Origin: Bacteroidales bacterium | GTDB lineage: Bacteria; Bacteroidota; Bacteroidia; Bacteroidales; UBA932 | Reading direction: 5' to 3' | Length of the DNA stretch: 64,000 nt | Assembly: GCA_017616655.1 (NCBI GenBank) | Contig: JAFZXU010000058.1 | Span: 9,088 to 73,087 of the forward strand | Shown here: positions 18,315 through 27,675 of the stretch, in pieces | How the letters are laid out: each line of letters begins with the position of its first letter | Numbering within the stretch: the first letter of the stretch is position 1 | Program-made: the position numbers and the translations under genes | The notes under the pieces: model-generated | Told to the model about the DNA's origin: nothing | Databases searched by the model: none | Seen by the model: only the letters and a program-made list of their open reading frames with translations

Positions 18315-19195
18315 TGGCCAAGAAATCCTCAATGGCATTCGGAAAGGGGCTCAGCGCAATCCTCGCTGAAGCAGCTGAAGTCCAGCTTGGACGCTCCAAC
18401 GGCCCGGATTCCCCGGACCTCTCCTCCGTTTCAGAAATCAGCCTCGACAAGATTGTCCCCAATCCCTACCAGCCCCGTTCCACCTTCAACGAAGAGGCTC
18501 TGGAAGAGCTGGCGGCATCCATACGCTCACTGGGCATAATCCAGCCTCTTACGCTGCGCCGCATCGACGACAACAAGTATCAGATAATCAGCGGCGAAAG
18601 GCGGTTCAGGGCGGCCAAGGCAGCGGGGCTTTCATCTGTCCCGGCCTATGTCCGCAAGGCGGATGACGGCGCCATGCTCGAGATGGCGCTGGTGGAGAAC
18701 ATCCAGCGCGAGAATCTCGACCCCATCGAGACCGCGATCGCATACCGCAGGCTGATAGAGGAATGCAAGCTTACCCAGGAGGCGATGGCCGACAGGGTCG
18801 GCAAGAAGAGGACCACTGTCACCAACTATCTCCGTCTCCTCAAGCTTCCGCCCGAGGTACAGAAGGCCCTAAAGGCCGGACTGATAGACGCGGGCCACGC
18901 CAAGGCTCTGCTCGGTGTCGAAGAGCGGGCATCGCAGCTCGAGCTCTGCGAGAAGGCCATCGTCAACGGATGGTCGGTGCGCAGGCTTGAGGACATCATC
19001 CGCGACCTCGGCTACACCCGCCCTTCGATAATCGTAAGGGACTGTTACATAGAGGCTGCCGAAAAGGTTCGGAACTTCTACGACGGAAAGGTTTCCGTCT
19101 CGCAGAACCGTCAGGGAGGCGGCTCGATGACAATAAAATTCAAGGACGAGGCACAGTTGGAACGCTTCTTGAAGGCATTCGAGAGCCAAAAATAA
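18314..19195 (+). CDS. parB: chromosome partitioning protein ParB/Spo0J
   Basis: ParB box GERRFRAAK, LVENIQRENLDPIE, HTH region. 1-nt overlap with parA. Confidence 0.95.
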   Translation: MAKKSSMAFGKGLSAILAEAAEVQLGRSNGPDSPDLSSVSEISLDKIVPNPYQPRSTFNEEALEELAASIRSLGIIQPLTLRRIDDNKYQIISGERRFRAAKAAGLSSVPAYVRKADDGAMLEMALVENIQRENLDPIETAIAYRRLIEECKLTQEAMADRVGKKRTTVTNYLRLLKLPPEVQKALKAGLIDAGHAKALLGVEERASQLELCEKAIVNGWSVRRLEDIIRDLGYTRPSIIVRDCYIEAAEKVRNFYDGKVSVSQNRQGGGSMTIKFKDEAQLERFLKAFESQK

Positions 19196-19208
19196 GGAGT
19201 ATAGAACT

Positions 19209-20171
19209 GTGCGCCGCCTGATTCTGACCATCACGCTTTTGCTGACCGGGTTCTTCGTTTTCGAAGCGCAGGCCCAGTTCCGCAATGCCACCACCACCTC
19301 GTCGAACGTCAGTTCGATAACGGGGCCTCCCGGCGTAGGCGACGGCAACATCAACCACTACAACGACTCCACCTCCGTGGAGGTTGACTCGCTGGCGGGA
19401 TTCTCGCTGAAGCGGATGATACGCGGATATGCCCGCAAGGATACCCTCACCCCCGGATATATGTTCGCCGGAGCGGTGATAGTTCCCGGCGCGGGCCAGA
19501 TCTACAACCGCGACTGGTGGAAACTCCCGATCGTTTACGGCGGCATCGGAGCGGGGGTTTACGGCGGCATCCATTTCAACAGGATGTACCAGGAGAGCGG
19601 CGATCCCAGATACAAGACCTACCGCAACCTGAGCTATATCGGGGCAGGCGTAACCTACTGGGCCGCCCTGCTGGATGCTGTCGCGAGCTACAAGACCGAC
19701 TACCCGCATCCCGTCCCTGCCAAATCCACCCTCTACTCCGCGCTGCTTCCCGGCCTGGGACAGGCCAACAACGGGGACTGGTGGAAGATTCCGATCTGGG
19801 TGGGAGGATTCGCCGTCTGCGGATATACCCTCCACCTCAACGATATGGAATACAAGAGGTTCAAATATCTCTATACCATAGACAACGACTCTTCGAGCGG
19901 CTATTACGGCGCCATTTCGGCCAGCAAGGCGGAGTGGTACAAGGACCTTTACCGCAAGTACCGCGACTACTCGGTGGTCTCCTTCATCGCCGTCTATGCC
20001 CTGAACATAATCGACGCCAACGTCTTCGCCTACATGGCGGACTTCGACGTCAGCGACAACATCGCTTCGCTCGAAGTGGCCCCCGCCCTGATCGAGCCGG
20101 TCCAGCCGCTTTTCGCCTCCGCGCATGTCCAGCCTCCGGCGCTGGGACTCAGATTCAACCTGAATTTTTAA
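19209..20171 (+). CDS. DUF5683 membrane protein
   Basis: GTG start. Duplicated GAGQIYNRDWWKLPIVYGG / LPGLGQANNGDWWKIPIWVGG motifs. Conserved position after parB in Bacteroidota. Confidence 0.8.
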   Translation: MRRLILTITLLLTGFFVFEAQAQFRNATTTSSNVSSITGPPGVGDGNINHYNDSTSVEVDSLAGFSLKRMIRGYARKDTLTPGYMFAGAVIVPGAGQIYNRDWWKLPIVYGGIGAGVYGGIHFNRMYQESGDPRYKTYRNLSYIGAGVTYWAALLDAVASYKTDYPHPVPAKSTLYSALLPGLGQANNGDWWKIPIWVGGFAVCGYTLHLNDMEYKRFKYLYTIDNDSSSGYYGAISASKAEWYKDLYRKYRDYSVVSFIAVYALNIIDANVFAYMADFDVSDNIASLEVAPALIEPVQPLFASAHVQPPALGLRFNLNF

Positions 20172-20190
20172 CACACACACCACAATAGTT

Positions 20191-21789
20191 ATGAACATCA
20201 AAAGATTATTTTCCCTGACTGCCTTTCTGGTCGTGACGATGGTCACCGTACCCGCCCAGGACAACGGCGGGACGAAAGGCCTTTTCAGGGGCGACAAGAA
20301 CAAGCAGCTGATAGAGGCGCTCCAGTTCCGCCTGGACTCGCTGCAGAAGGCGTATGATTCCCTCTATGTTGAATATCAGGCCGTTATCGAGCCTATCAAC
20401 GTGGAAGACACCGAAGACATCATCGAAACCCAGGTAACGGAGTACACCCCGGAGGCGATTGACTCCCTGCTCAATGCTTACTACATGCAGAGCTCGCTGG
20501 ACGTCAATGAGTTCGACTTGATTTCGATCGACCGCGACACCTTGACCTCCAGCATTCCCGACTCGGTTTACATCGCCCGCCTCAACAAAATCAACTCCTT
20601 CATTCCCATACAGTTCAACCGCTACGTCAAGAACAGCATCATCCGTTACACCGACAAGATTCCGGGAGCTACACAGAAGATCATCAGCCTCGCTCCCTAC
20701 TATCTGCCGCAGTTCGAGGAGATATTCGACGAATTCGGAATGCCCACCGAGCTCAAGGCGATGGCGGTCATCGAGTCGGCCCTCAACCCGAGGGCGGTCT
20801 CCCGCGCAAGGGCGAAGGGAATGTGGCAGTTCATCTATACCACGGCGCTGCGTTATGACCTGACAATCAACTCTTTTGTGGACGAGCGTCTGGACCCGAT
20901 AGCAGCCTGCCGCGCAGCAGCGCAGTACCTGAAGGACTCCTATCTGGTCTTCGGCGACTGGTCGCTGGCGATAGCATCCTACAACTGCGGACTGGGCAAC
21001 GTCCGCAAGGCCATTACCCGCAGCGGCGGCAAGACCGATTTCTGGGAGATTTACGACTACCTGCCCCGCGAGACGCGCGGCTACATCCCCGCCTTCATCG
21101 CGGCGCTCTACGTGCTGGAGTACTATCCCGAGCATAACATAGTGCCCACTCCCGTCTCGCTGCCCTCGGCTGTCGATACCTTCCATGTCAACAAGATGCT
21201 CCATTTCCAGCAGATCAGCGACAACATCGACATCCCGATCGACCTCATCCGCGACCTCAACCCGCAGTACTTCCACGACATCATCCCGGGTACCCAGAAG
21301 GAGTATATCCTCCGCCTGCCGATCAACTACAGCAACGCCTTCACCGAAAAGGAGCAGATGATCTATGCCTACAAGGATTCAACCTTCTTCAATGAGGTGG
21401 CCATCAAGAAGATAGCCGACAGTCCCTCCTCCGACCAGGGAGGCCGCATCATCCACAAGGTGCGCAAGGGAGAGACGCTGGCCGGCATCGCGGCGAGATA
21501 TCATACTTCGGTTTCCAACCTGAAGCGCTGGAACGGCCTGAGGGGCAATACCATCAAGGTGGGCCAGAGGCTCAAGATCTACGGCAAGTCTTCCGGCGGC
21601 TCTTCTTCATCCACAGCCAAGTCAGGCAGTTCATCCTCATCCGGGAGTACGACCTACGTGGTGAAGAAGGGAGACACCCTCTCCTCCATCGCCAAGAAGC
21701 ACGGCATTTCGCTCAATGCCCTTCTCAAACTCAACGGAATGAATATGAAGAGTACTATCCGCCCGGGTCAGAAACTCCAGGTAAGATAG
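20191..21789 (+). CDS. lytic transglycosylase (SLT domain) with two C-terminal LysM domains, MltD-like
   Basis: SLT catalytic region AVIESALNPRAVSRARAKGMWQFI. LysM repeats HKVRKGETLAGIAARYHTSVSNLKRWNGL and YVVKKGDTLSSIAKKHGISLNALLKLNGM, separated by an S/G-rich linker. Confidence 0.9.
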   Translation: MNIKRLFSLTAFLVVTMVTVPAQDNGGTKGLFRGDKNKQLIEALQFRLDSLQKAYDSLYVEYQAVIEPINVEDTEDIIETQVTEYTPEAIDSLLNAYYMQSSLDVNEFDLISIDRDTLTSSIPDSVYIARLNKINSFIPIQFNRYVKNSIIRYTDKIPGATQKIISLAPYYLPQFEEIFDEFGMPTELKAMAVIESALNPRAVSRARAKGMWQFIYTTALRYDLTINSFVDERLDPIAACRAAAQYLKDSYLVFGDWSLAIASYNCGLGNVRKAITRSGGKTDFWEIYDYLPRETRGYIPAFIAALYVLEYYPEHNIVPTPVSLPSAVDTFHVNKMLHFQQISDNIDIPIDLIRDLNPQYFHDIIPGTQKEYILRLPINYSNAFTEKEQMIYAYKDSTFFNEVAIKKIADSPSSDQGGRIIHKVRKGETLAGIAARYHTSVSNLKRWNGLRGNTIKVGQRLKIYGKSSGGSSSSTAKSGSSSSSGSTTYVVKKGDTLSSIAKKHGISLNALLKLNGMNMKSTIRPGQKLQVR

Positions 21790-23606
21790 ACTGAAGCCTC
21801 TTTTTCAGATATACGGAGCCATATTTCGGCCCAACGCACGGGGGCGTACTTTACGACAAGGTACGCCCCCGCGCCTTTTCCGTAGAGTGTGGCGACCGAA
21901 AAACTCTGCGGCAATCCGCTGCGGTAGAGATAGATACGTGAATCCCAACCGGAGGTGGAGTGGCACGAGATTCCCGCGGTAAGACGCAGTTTCCTTGAAA
22001 GGGGGAAGATTCCTTCCGCCACCGCCCCGCTTCCGGAGGGGTTGCCGGCGTAGCGGAGTTTAAGGCAGGTGCGTCCCGACTCGCCCCAGGAGAGCGAGGC
22101 GCGCCACGAAGGGGCCGGATTTCCGGAAATTTGGGCGGAGGCCTCCAGGTGCTTACCAAAGGTCCTGGTGATGCCGATTCGATATTTCCAGGCCGCCGAA
22201 GAGCCGTCGATGCCGTATCTCGACCACGGATAGTATGAATACTGGATGTTTGCCGCCGCTTCCCAGTTGCGGCCCGGGAGCCATCGGATCGAAAGTGTGG
22301 CGCCGCGCTGGTTCGAGCAGGAGGAGAGCGACGACCACGCACCTGCATGGGTGGCAATATACGAACGGCTGTAGAAACGCCCCAGCAGGCTCGCCTCGAA
22401 GCTGTAGCCCGGGCTCCAGAGGGCACCTGCAAGCAGGGCCGGCGAGCCTCCGGCATCCACGGCAGCCTCACCGAAGATGCGGGTGTTGCGCCAGAAGAGG
22501 TAGCAGTCAGCCGAAATGTTGCTCCACCATCCGTAGTACTGCTGATACCTGTTGTAGTCCTTCACGGTGCGGCCGTCGGACTTGTCGTAACGGTAGGCGA
22601 GCGCCGTGACGCCGTACCGCAGCCGTCCCTTTTCCCCCGCCAGGGCGGCCCCTGCGGCATATTCGTGCATAGAATGGCGCTTCGCCAGCTCCGCTTCCGT
22701 TCGGTGGTACCCGTCCGTGACGATGGATGTATAAGCCGTGTCACCCGCAATCCGCGCATCCACGGGGTGACGGGATGCGAAGAGGGTGAGCTGCATCTCC
22801 CCTTTCGACATGGTCGCCGCCGCTCCGCGAAAATAGCCGGACTCGGCAGAAGAGCTGTAAGGCATCGCTCCGCGAGGTTGTTTTATTATTGCGGAAGGTG
22901 TGCCGAACGCCTTGAGGCTGAAGGCTTTCCAGCAGGCAAGCCCCTGACCGGCCCTTATTACGTAGTCCCCGATTATCACCTTCTTGACAGCCCCGCCTCC
23001 CCTGACTGCAACATAACCCGACAGGAAGTCCGGAACAGGATGGTCTTTTGCCAGTTCGCCTGCGTCGCTGTCGGCAGTCAGGCCTGCGCTGACGTTTCTG
23101 CCCGCCTCGAGAGTGTATCTGGCAGTAATAGCCGGGGTTGCCGCCCCGAAGGTGTGGCGTCCACGGAGCGTCGTCTTGTGACGCCACATTTCCTGTTCAA
23201 CAGGCTCGGCTATCTCCCTTTCGGATTCGAAGCTGAAAAAGAATGCGCATATACGGGCCTGCTCGCCATTGAATCCGTCCACCAGGGCCAGTTCACCCTC
23301 GGATAGGATTTCGCCGAAGGTCTTGCGATAGTCCAGGAGGCTCTCTATCTGAAAGGCCGAGAGCACTCCTGTTGCCTCCAATCCCTTGCGGGACAGTGCG
23401 TTGATGGAGGGCCTGCGGCGTGCGAGCTCCTCGTAGTGGCGCAGCAGTTCCTCCTCGTCGCCACCCTCGAGGACATGCCGCTCGACCAGAGCCGCTATCC
23501 TTTCGGGCAGTTCCTGTGCGCCTGCCTGAATAATATGAATCAGTAAAAAGAAAGCCGCAGCGAAAGCGGCCTTAAGGCCTCCCGGCCCCACAATCTCTCT
23601 CCTCAT
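21768..23606 (-). CDS. helix-hairpin-helix domain protein with large beta-rich C-terminal region
   Basis: Signal peptide, HhH-like N-terminal repeats (...INALSRKGLEATGVLSAFQIESLLDYRKTFG...ALVDGFNGEQ...). The remainder is rich in alternating aromatic/G residues, like an outer-membrane barrel. Confidence 0.65.
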   Translation of the reverse strand: MRREIVGPGGLKAAFAAAFFLLIHIIQAGAQELPERIAALVERHVLEGGDEEELLRHYEELARRRPSINALSRKGLEATGVLSAFQIESLLDYRKTFGEILSEGELALVDGFNGEQARICAFFFSFESEREIAEPVEQEMWRHKTTLRGRHTFGAATPAITARYTLEAGRNVSAGLTADSDAGELAKDHPVPDFLSGYVAVRGGGAVKKVIIGDYVIRAGQGLACWKAFSLKAFGTPSAIIKQPRGAMPYSSSAESGYFRGAAATMSKGEMQLTLFASRHPVDARIAGDTAYTSIVTDGYHRTEAELAKRHSMHEYAAGAALAGEKGRLRYGVTALAYRYDKSDGRTVKDYNRYQQYYGWWSNISADCYLFWRNTRIFGEAAVDAGGSPALLAGALWSPGYSFEASLLGRFYSRSYIATHAGAWSSLSSCSNQRGATLSIRWLPGRNWEAAANIQYSYYPWSRYGIDGSSAAWKYRIGITRTFGKHLEASAQISGNPAPSWRASLSWGESGRTCLKLRYAGNPSGSGAVAEGIFPLSRKLRLTAGISCHSTSGWDSRIYLYRSGLPQSFSVATLYGKGAGAYLVVKYAPVRWAEIWLRISEKEASVYLTWSF

Positions 23607-23675
23607 GGCCGTAATAGATAAAAGTTTTACAAGGACAAATATAATGATTAACTTTGTTATTCAATCTGAAAAGAC

Positions 23676-24221
23676 ATGAAGGAAAAACTGACAATCAAAG
23701 ACAAGACATTTGTTCCATATATTCGGAACGCCGAGCTTGAAAAGGCCATCGACGCCGTTGCAAAGCGTATCGAGGATGATTATCGCGACAGGAAGGACAT
23801 CCCCATCATGCTCTGTGTCCTCAATGGATCGGTGATGTTCTGTGCCGAACTTATGAAACGCATCGAGATTCCGCTGGAATTCAGCAGCATAAGGCTCTCC
23901 TCATACGAAGGCACCATCTCCACCGGAGTGACCCGCAAGGTGCTGGGACTCACCACCGCCATCAAGAACCGCGACGTCATCGTGGTAGAGGACATCGTGG
24001 ATACCGGCAAGACCATCGTGGACCTGCACAACCTCCTTATCGAGGCCGGCGCCCGCGAGGTGAAGATCTGCACGATGCTGCTCAAGCCCGACGTTTACAA
24101 GCGGGACCTCAAGCTGGACTATGTCGGAATGGAGATCGAAAACAAGTTCATAGTGGGTTTCGGACTCGACTACGACCAGCTGGGGCGCAATTACAAAGAC
24201 ATTTATATCCTCGACGAATAA
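23676..24221 (+). CDS. hpt: hypoxanthine phosphoribosyltransferase
   Basis: PRPP-binding motif VIVVEDIVDTGKT. TAACTTTG -7 box at 23649..23656. Confidence 0.93.
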   Translation: MKEKLTIKDKTFVPYIRNAELEKAIDAVAKRIEDDYRDRKDIPIMLCVLNGSVMFCAELMKRIEIPLEFSSIRLSSYEGTISTGVTRKVLGLTTAIKNRDVIVVEDIVDTGKTIVDLHNLLIEAGAREVKICTMLLKPDVYKRDLKLDYVGMEIENKFIVGFGLDYDQLGRNYKDIYILDE

Positions 24222-24802
24222 TGAAACACTATGTTATGTTCGGCCCTCCGGGGGCCGGAAAGGGCACCCAGGCCGCATTGATGGTAGAAAAATATAATTT
24301 CAGGCATGTCTCGACCGGCGATCTCCTGCGTCACGAGATCCAGGCCCGGACCGAACTCGGCAAACTCGCCGCGGAGCTCATAGAGAAGGGCAATCTCGTT
24401 CCCGATGAGGTGGTGGAAGAGATGATTCTGGGCGAACTCGAAGCCCATCCCGACGTAAAGGGATTCATCTTCGACGGATTCCCCCGCACCGTAGCCCAGG
24501 CAGAGTGTCTCGACAAGATGCTGGAGAAACGGGGCGAGGAGATTACCGGCGTCATATCTATAGTCATCGATGACGCCACCGTGCGCGACCGAATCCATCA
24601 CCGCGCGATGATAGAGGACCGCAAGGACGATATGGACGACGCGACCATCACGACCCGTATCCTCAACTATCACAAGAAAACCGAACCCCTCATCGCCTAC
24701 TACAAGGAACGCGACAAATACAACGAAATCTACGGCGTAGGTTCCATCAAGAACATCTTCACCCGCATCAGCCGCCTGGTCGACAAAACCTTGAAGGGAT
24801 GA
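24221..24802 (+). CDS. adk: adenylate kinase (short-lid form)
   Basis: P-loop GPPGAGKGTQA, STGDLLR, GFPRT. TAATG junction with hpt. Confidence 0.95.
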   Translation: MKHYVMFGPPGAGKGTQAALMVEKYNFRHVSTGDLLRHEIQARTELGKLAAELIEKGNLVPDEVVEEMILGELEAHPDVKGFIFDGFPRTVAQAECLDKMLEKRGEEITGVISIVIDDATVRDRIHHRAMIEDRKDDMDDATITTRILNYHKKTEPLIAYYKERDKYNEIYGVGSIKNIFTRISRLVDKTLKG

Positions 24803-25389
24803 AACGAGTCCTGGCCGTCCTGCTGGCCTGCTTTACGATTATGAGCTGCAACAACCAGAAACAAGTCCCGGTGGCCGCAGACGGCTCCTGGCGCGAGATT
24901 ACGCCCGAAGAAGTCAGCCTGAACCCCGTCAAGATGGTCGGCGACGACTGGCTGGAGCTTTCCGCAGGTAAAGAAGGCGACCTCAATCTGATGACTATTG
25001 GCTGGGGCACCTTCGGTGTCCTCTGGAACAAGCCCGTCTATATCGTCTACGTATCCCCCGCCCGCTATACCTATGAGTTTATGGAGCGGAACGAGTACTT
25101 CACGGTGACTCATTTCCCCGAGGCGATGCAAGAGAAGCTGGGCTATCTGGGAAGCGTATCCGGACGCGATGAGGACAAGGTTGCAGGCGCCGGTCTGACC
25201 GTCGAGTTCACCGAACTGGGCAACCCCATCTACGCCGAGGCAGATCTGGCCATAGAGTGCCGCAAGATCTATTCAGTCCCCTTCGACCCCGCCCTTCTTC
25301 CCGAAGAGCAGCGTGACTGGTACGCCAGCCGCGGCCTCCCCATCCACCATATGTACATCGGCGAAATCCTGCACATTTGGGAGAAATAG
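24799..25389 (+). CDS. flavin-reductase-like (FMN-binding split-barrel) protein with lipoprotein signal
   Basis: Lipobox MKRVLAVLLACFTIMSC. Core LNLMTIGWGTFGVLWNKPVYIVYVSPARYTYEFME resembles the flavin reductase-like domain. ATGA overlap with adk. Confidence 0.6.
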   Translation: MKRVLAVLLACFTIMSCNNQKQVPVAADGSWREITPEEVSLNPVKMVGDDWLELSAGKEGDLNLMTIGWGTFGVLWNKPVYIVYVSPARYTYEFMERNEYFTVTHFPEAMQEKLGYLGSVSGRDEDKVAGAGLTVEFTELGNPIYAEADLAIECRKIYSVPFDPALLPEEQRDWYASRGLPIHHMYIGEILHIWEK

Positions 25390-25398
25390 ACACAAATA

Positions 25399-25427
25399 AC
25401 GGGTGGTAAGGTTACCACCCGTTTTTT
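25399..25427. terminator. bidirectional intrinsic terminator between convergent genes
   Basis: acgggtggt (25399..25407) / accacccgt (25414..25422) stem followed by a T-run on plus. An A-rich run precedes it, giving a T-rich run on minus. Confidence 0.7.
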
Positions 25428-26838
25428 ATCGGTCAACCCTTACGACGCGTATACCCACATTGGCGTAGCCTTTGGAACCGTCGCGGGCTGCGTCGGAGTA
25501 TTCGCTCCGGCACTCGTCGCGGCTGCTGTCCCAGGCACCGCCCTTGATGATGTACTGACCGGATGCAGTCTGCGTGCCGGTCCACTCCCAGCAGTTACCC
25601 CAGAAGTCAATACCGCCGCAACCGCCTTTGGAAGAAGCGTAAGCGTCAACGCTGGTAAGTCCAGACTCGATGTGATTGCTGTTCATCCTGATATCCTTGG
25701 GCATATGACCCGCCGCAAGAATCCACTCATATTCGGTGGGAAGGCGATAGGTGTGGACGGCATCTTTCGTCCCCAGCCAATCGCAATAGGCTTGCGCCTG
25801 GGCAATCGAGACATTTACTACAGGGTATCTTTCCTGTCCCGCAGCATAGGTGAATCCTGCATCGAAAGCAGCAAACTCCGCATTAGTGACAGGTGCATAT
25901 CCCACATAGCAGTTTCCCTCGGTAGCGCCTTTGAGCACCAGCCAATTATCATCGGGATTATCATCCTTGCGTGAATCAATCAGGCTCAGGAAACGTTGTT
26001 CCAAACGCTCTTCCCGGTTGTTCACCATTTCGTCAACAATGGCCTGCATCTCCTCTACCAATGACTGATGTTTAGCCTCACGCTCCAGTTCACGGAGTTT
26101 GGCCTTCTTGCGGGCAACCACTTTGTCGTAGCGCACGCCCATCTGCTCATACAGAGCGTTGTAGGTGTCCAGGCAGGGGTTCTTTTTGTATTCGCGAAGC
26201 AGTTCCTTCGTCTTGCTGTCCAGCTCCGGTCGCTCCTCTTCCACGAGGGGCACATCGGGATCGTCGAATTCCAGATCATCCTCTATCAGGTCCAGCGGGG
26301 AGATGAACGCCCCCGCCTCAATTATCTGGTGAACGCCGAAGAAATGGGCCACCTGCCCGTCTTTGAAAATGGATAGCCGATATCCTCCGTACACATCGCA
26401 GGGGAATGTCCTGACGATATAATCCTTTCCGGCCTCCAGTACGCCGCCATCTGCAGGAAGAAAAGTGATGATGGAGTGAGAAGAGCCGATCTCGCCAATG
26501 GCAAGAACCCCGTTGGTTTCAATGATTTGTGCCTCCCCGGCGAGGGCATTTGCGTCAACACTTTCGATTACCAGCTTAGTGATGCCGGACATCTGGAAGT
26601 TAAATTTCAGACCACCCGTAAGAGCATCGAAGATCTGCTGATCAGCTTCGTTCAAAAGAGAAGAAGCGACTGCCTGCTGGGATTCAGAGATTGAGAGCAC
26701 ACTTCCAGCAACCAATACCCGGTCATTCTCATTATCGGGATTGTCGGGATTCTCTCCGTCGGGGCTCGGAATCAGCTCGCAAGCCCCGGCGTAAAGAATC
26801 ATCGATACAATTAATGCACTGAACAACAACTTTTTCAT
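25426..26838 (-). CDS. lipoprotein with C-terminal FGE-sulfatase (SUMF1/formylglycine-generating-enzyme-like) domain
   Basis: Lipobox LYAGAC. Central charged coiled-coil (KKAKLRELEREAKHQSLVEEMQ...). C-terminal YRLPTEYEWILAAG, GNCWEWTG, GGAWDSS, NVGIRVVR. Confidence 0.8.
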   Translation of the reverse strand: MKKLLFSALIVSMILYAGACELIPSPDGENPDNPDNENDRVLVAGSVLSISESQQAVASSLLNEADQQIFDALTGGLKFNFQMSGITKLVIESVDANALAGEAQIIETNGVLAIGEIGSSHSIITFLPADGGVLEAGKDYIVRTFPCDVYGGYRLSIFKDGQVAHFFGVHQIIEAGAFISPLDLIEDDLEFDDPDVPLVEEERPELDSKTKELLREYKKNPCLDTYNALYEQMGVRYDKVVARKKAKLRELEREAKHQSLVEEMQAIVDEMVNNREERLEQRFLSLIDSRKDDNPDDNWLVLKGATEGNCYVGYAPVTNAEFAAFDAGFTYAAGQERYPVVNVSIAQAQAYCDWLGTKDAVHTYRLPTEYEWILAAGHMPKDIRMNSNHIESGLTSVDAYASSKGGCGGIDFWGNCWEWTGTQTASGQYIIKGGAWDSSRDECRSEYSDAARDGSKGYANVGIRVVRVDR

Positions 26839-26847
26839 ATCGTGGAA

Positions 26848-27339
26848 CTACTTCTTATCAGAAGTACGAGGGCCTTTGGGAGCACGCGTCGGGCGATGAC
26901 CGGGACGATGGCCCCCATCCTTTCCGTGAGTACCCTTGCGACTCATCAGCTTGCGCTGGATCTGGTTTTCAACATCATAGAGACGACCGAGCTGATCGGG
27001 ATTCAGCACCTTGGCAAACTCGTCGACATATTTCAGGCGGATGTCCTGTGCTTTCTGCTGACGCTCTATCTTCGCCTTGGCAATGGCAGCAGCCTCCTCG
27101 GCGGTTTCGGGTTTGGTCTTAGGTCTGCGTCGTTCCCCAACATTTGCCCTCATCTCGTTGCTATAACGCTCATAGATGGGAATGAAAAGCGCTTTTTGCT
27201 GGTCGCTAAGGTCAAGCCTATAGACAAACTCTTTGATCTTTGCGTCAAAATAGCGCTGATTAACAGAGTCATCCTTTTCCTGACCGAAAGCAGCCAAAGC
27301 GGAGAGGCTTATAAGAATTGAGAGAAATAAACGTTTCAT
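26848..27339 (-). CDS. periplasmic Spy/CpxP-like (LTXXQ-type) protein
   Basis: Signal peptide. LSDQQ and LNPDQ motifs in helical repeats. Basic tail. Confidence 0.55.
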   Translation of the reverse strand: MKRLFLSILISLSALAAFGQEKDDSVNQRYFDAKIKEFVYRLDLSDQQKALFIPIYERYSNEMRANVGERRRPKTKPETAEEAAAIAKAKIERQQKAQDIRLKYVDEFAKVLNPDQLGRLYDVENQIQRKLMSRKGTHGKDGGHRPGHRPTRAPKGPRTSDKK

Positions 27340-27369
27340 TTTTGTAATTTGTTTTTGAGGGTTTGTATT

Positions 27370-27675
27370 CTAATAATATTCCGGAATTACTTCAATGTGC
27401 CAGTCCGTTATCATCGCCGCCTCATCATCCGAAATTGAAGCGAGGAATGAGTCTATCGGACTGACGGTATCCTTATGGGAAGGAATCACAAGAGCGAGTA
27501 TCAAGGCCGCCGCGGCTGCTACGCCTGCCAGAGAAAGCCAGACGGTACGATGCGTGTTGCGAGTCTTCAGCGCCTGCCATTCCTCCACAGATTTGCTTCT
27601 TTCTACCAAGGCCTCCACATAGCTGTCTTCTTCCCTATATGGAAGATTTGTATTTATATTCTCGAACTCTTTCAT
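27370..27675 (-). CDS. single-pass anti-sigma-factor-like protein
   Basis: 101 aa with one TM helix (VWLSLAGVAAAAALILALVI). ATGA-coupled to the ECF sigma gene. Confidence 0.55.
   Translation of the reverse strand: MKEFENINTNLPYREEDSYVEALVERSKSVEEWQALKTRNTHRTVWLSLAGVAAAAALILALVIPSHKDTVSPIDSFLASISDDEAAMITDWHIEVIPEYY

Noticed and set aside
17547-19195. parA/parB as evidence that the contig is a plasmid or ICE.
   Set aside because: They are followed by DUF5683 and mltD-like genes, the chromosomal Bacteroidota arrangement, and are surrounded by core genes (ftsK, rfbCD, hpt, adk). No replication initiator or conjugation genes are present.
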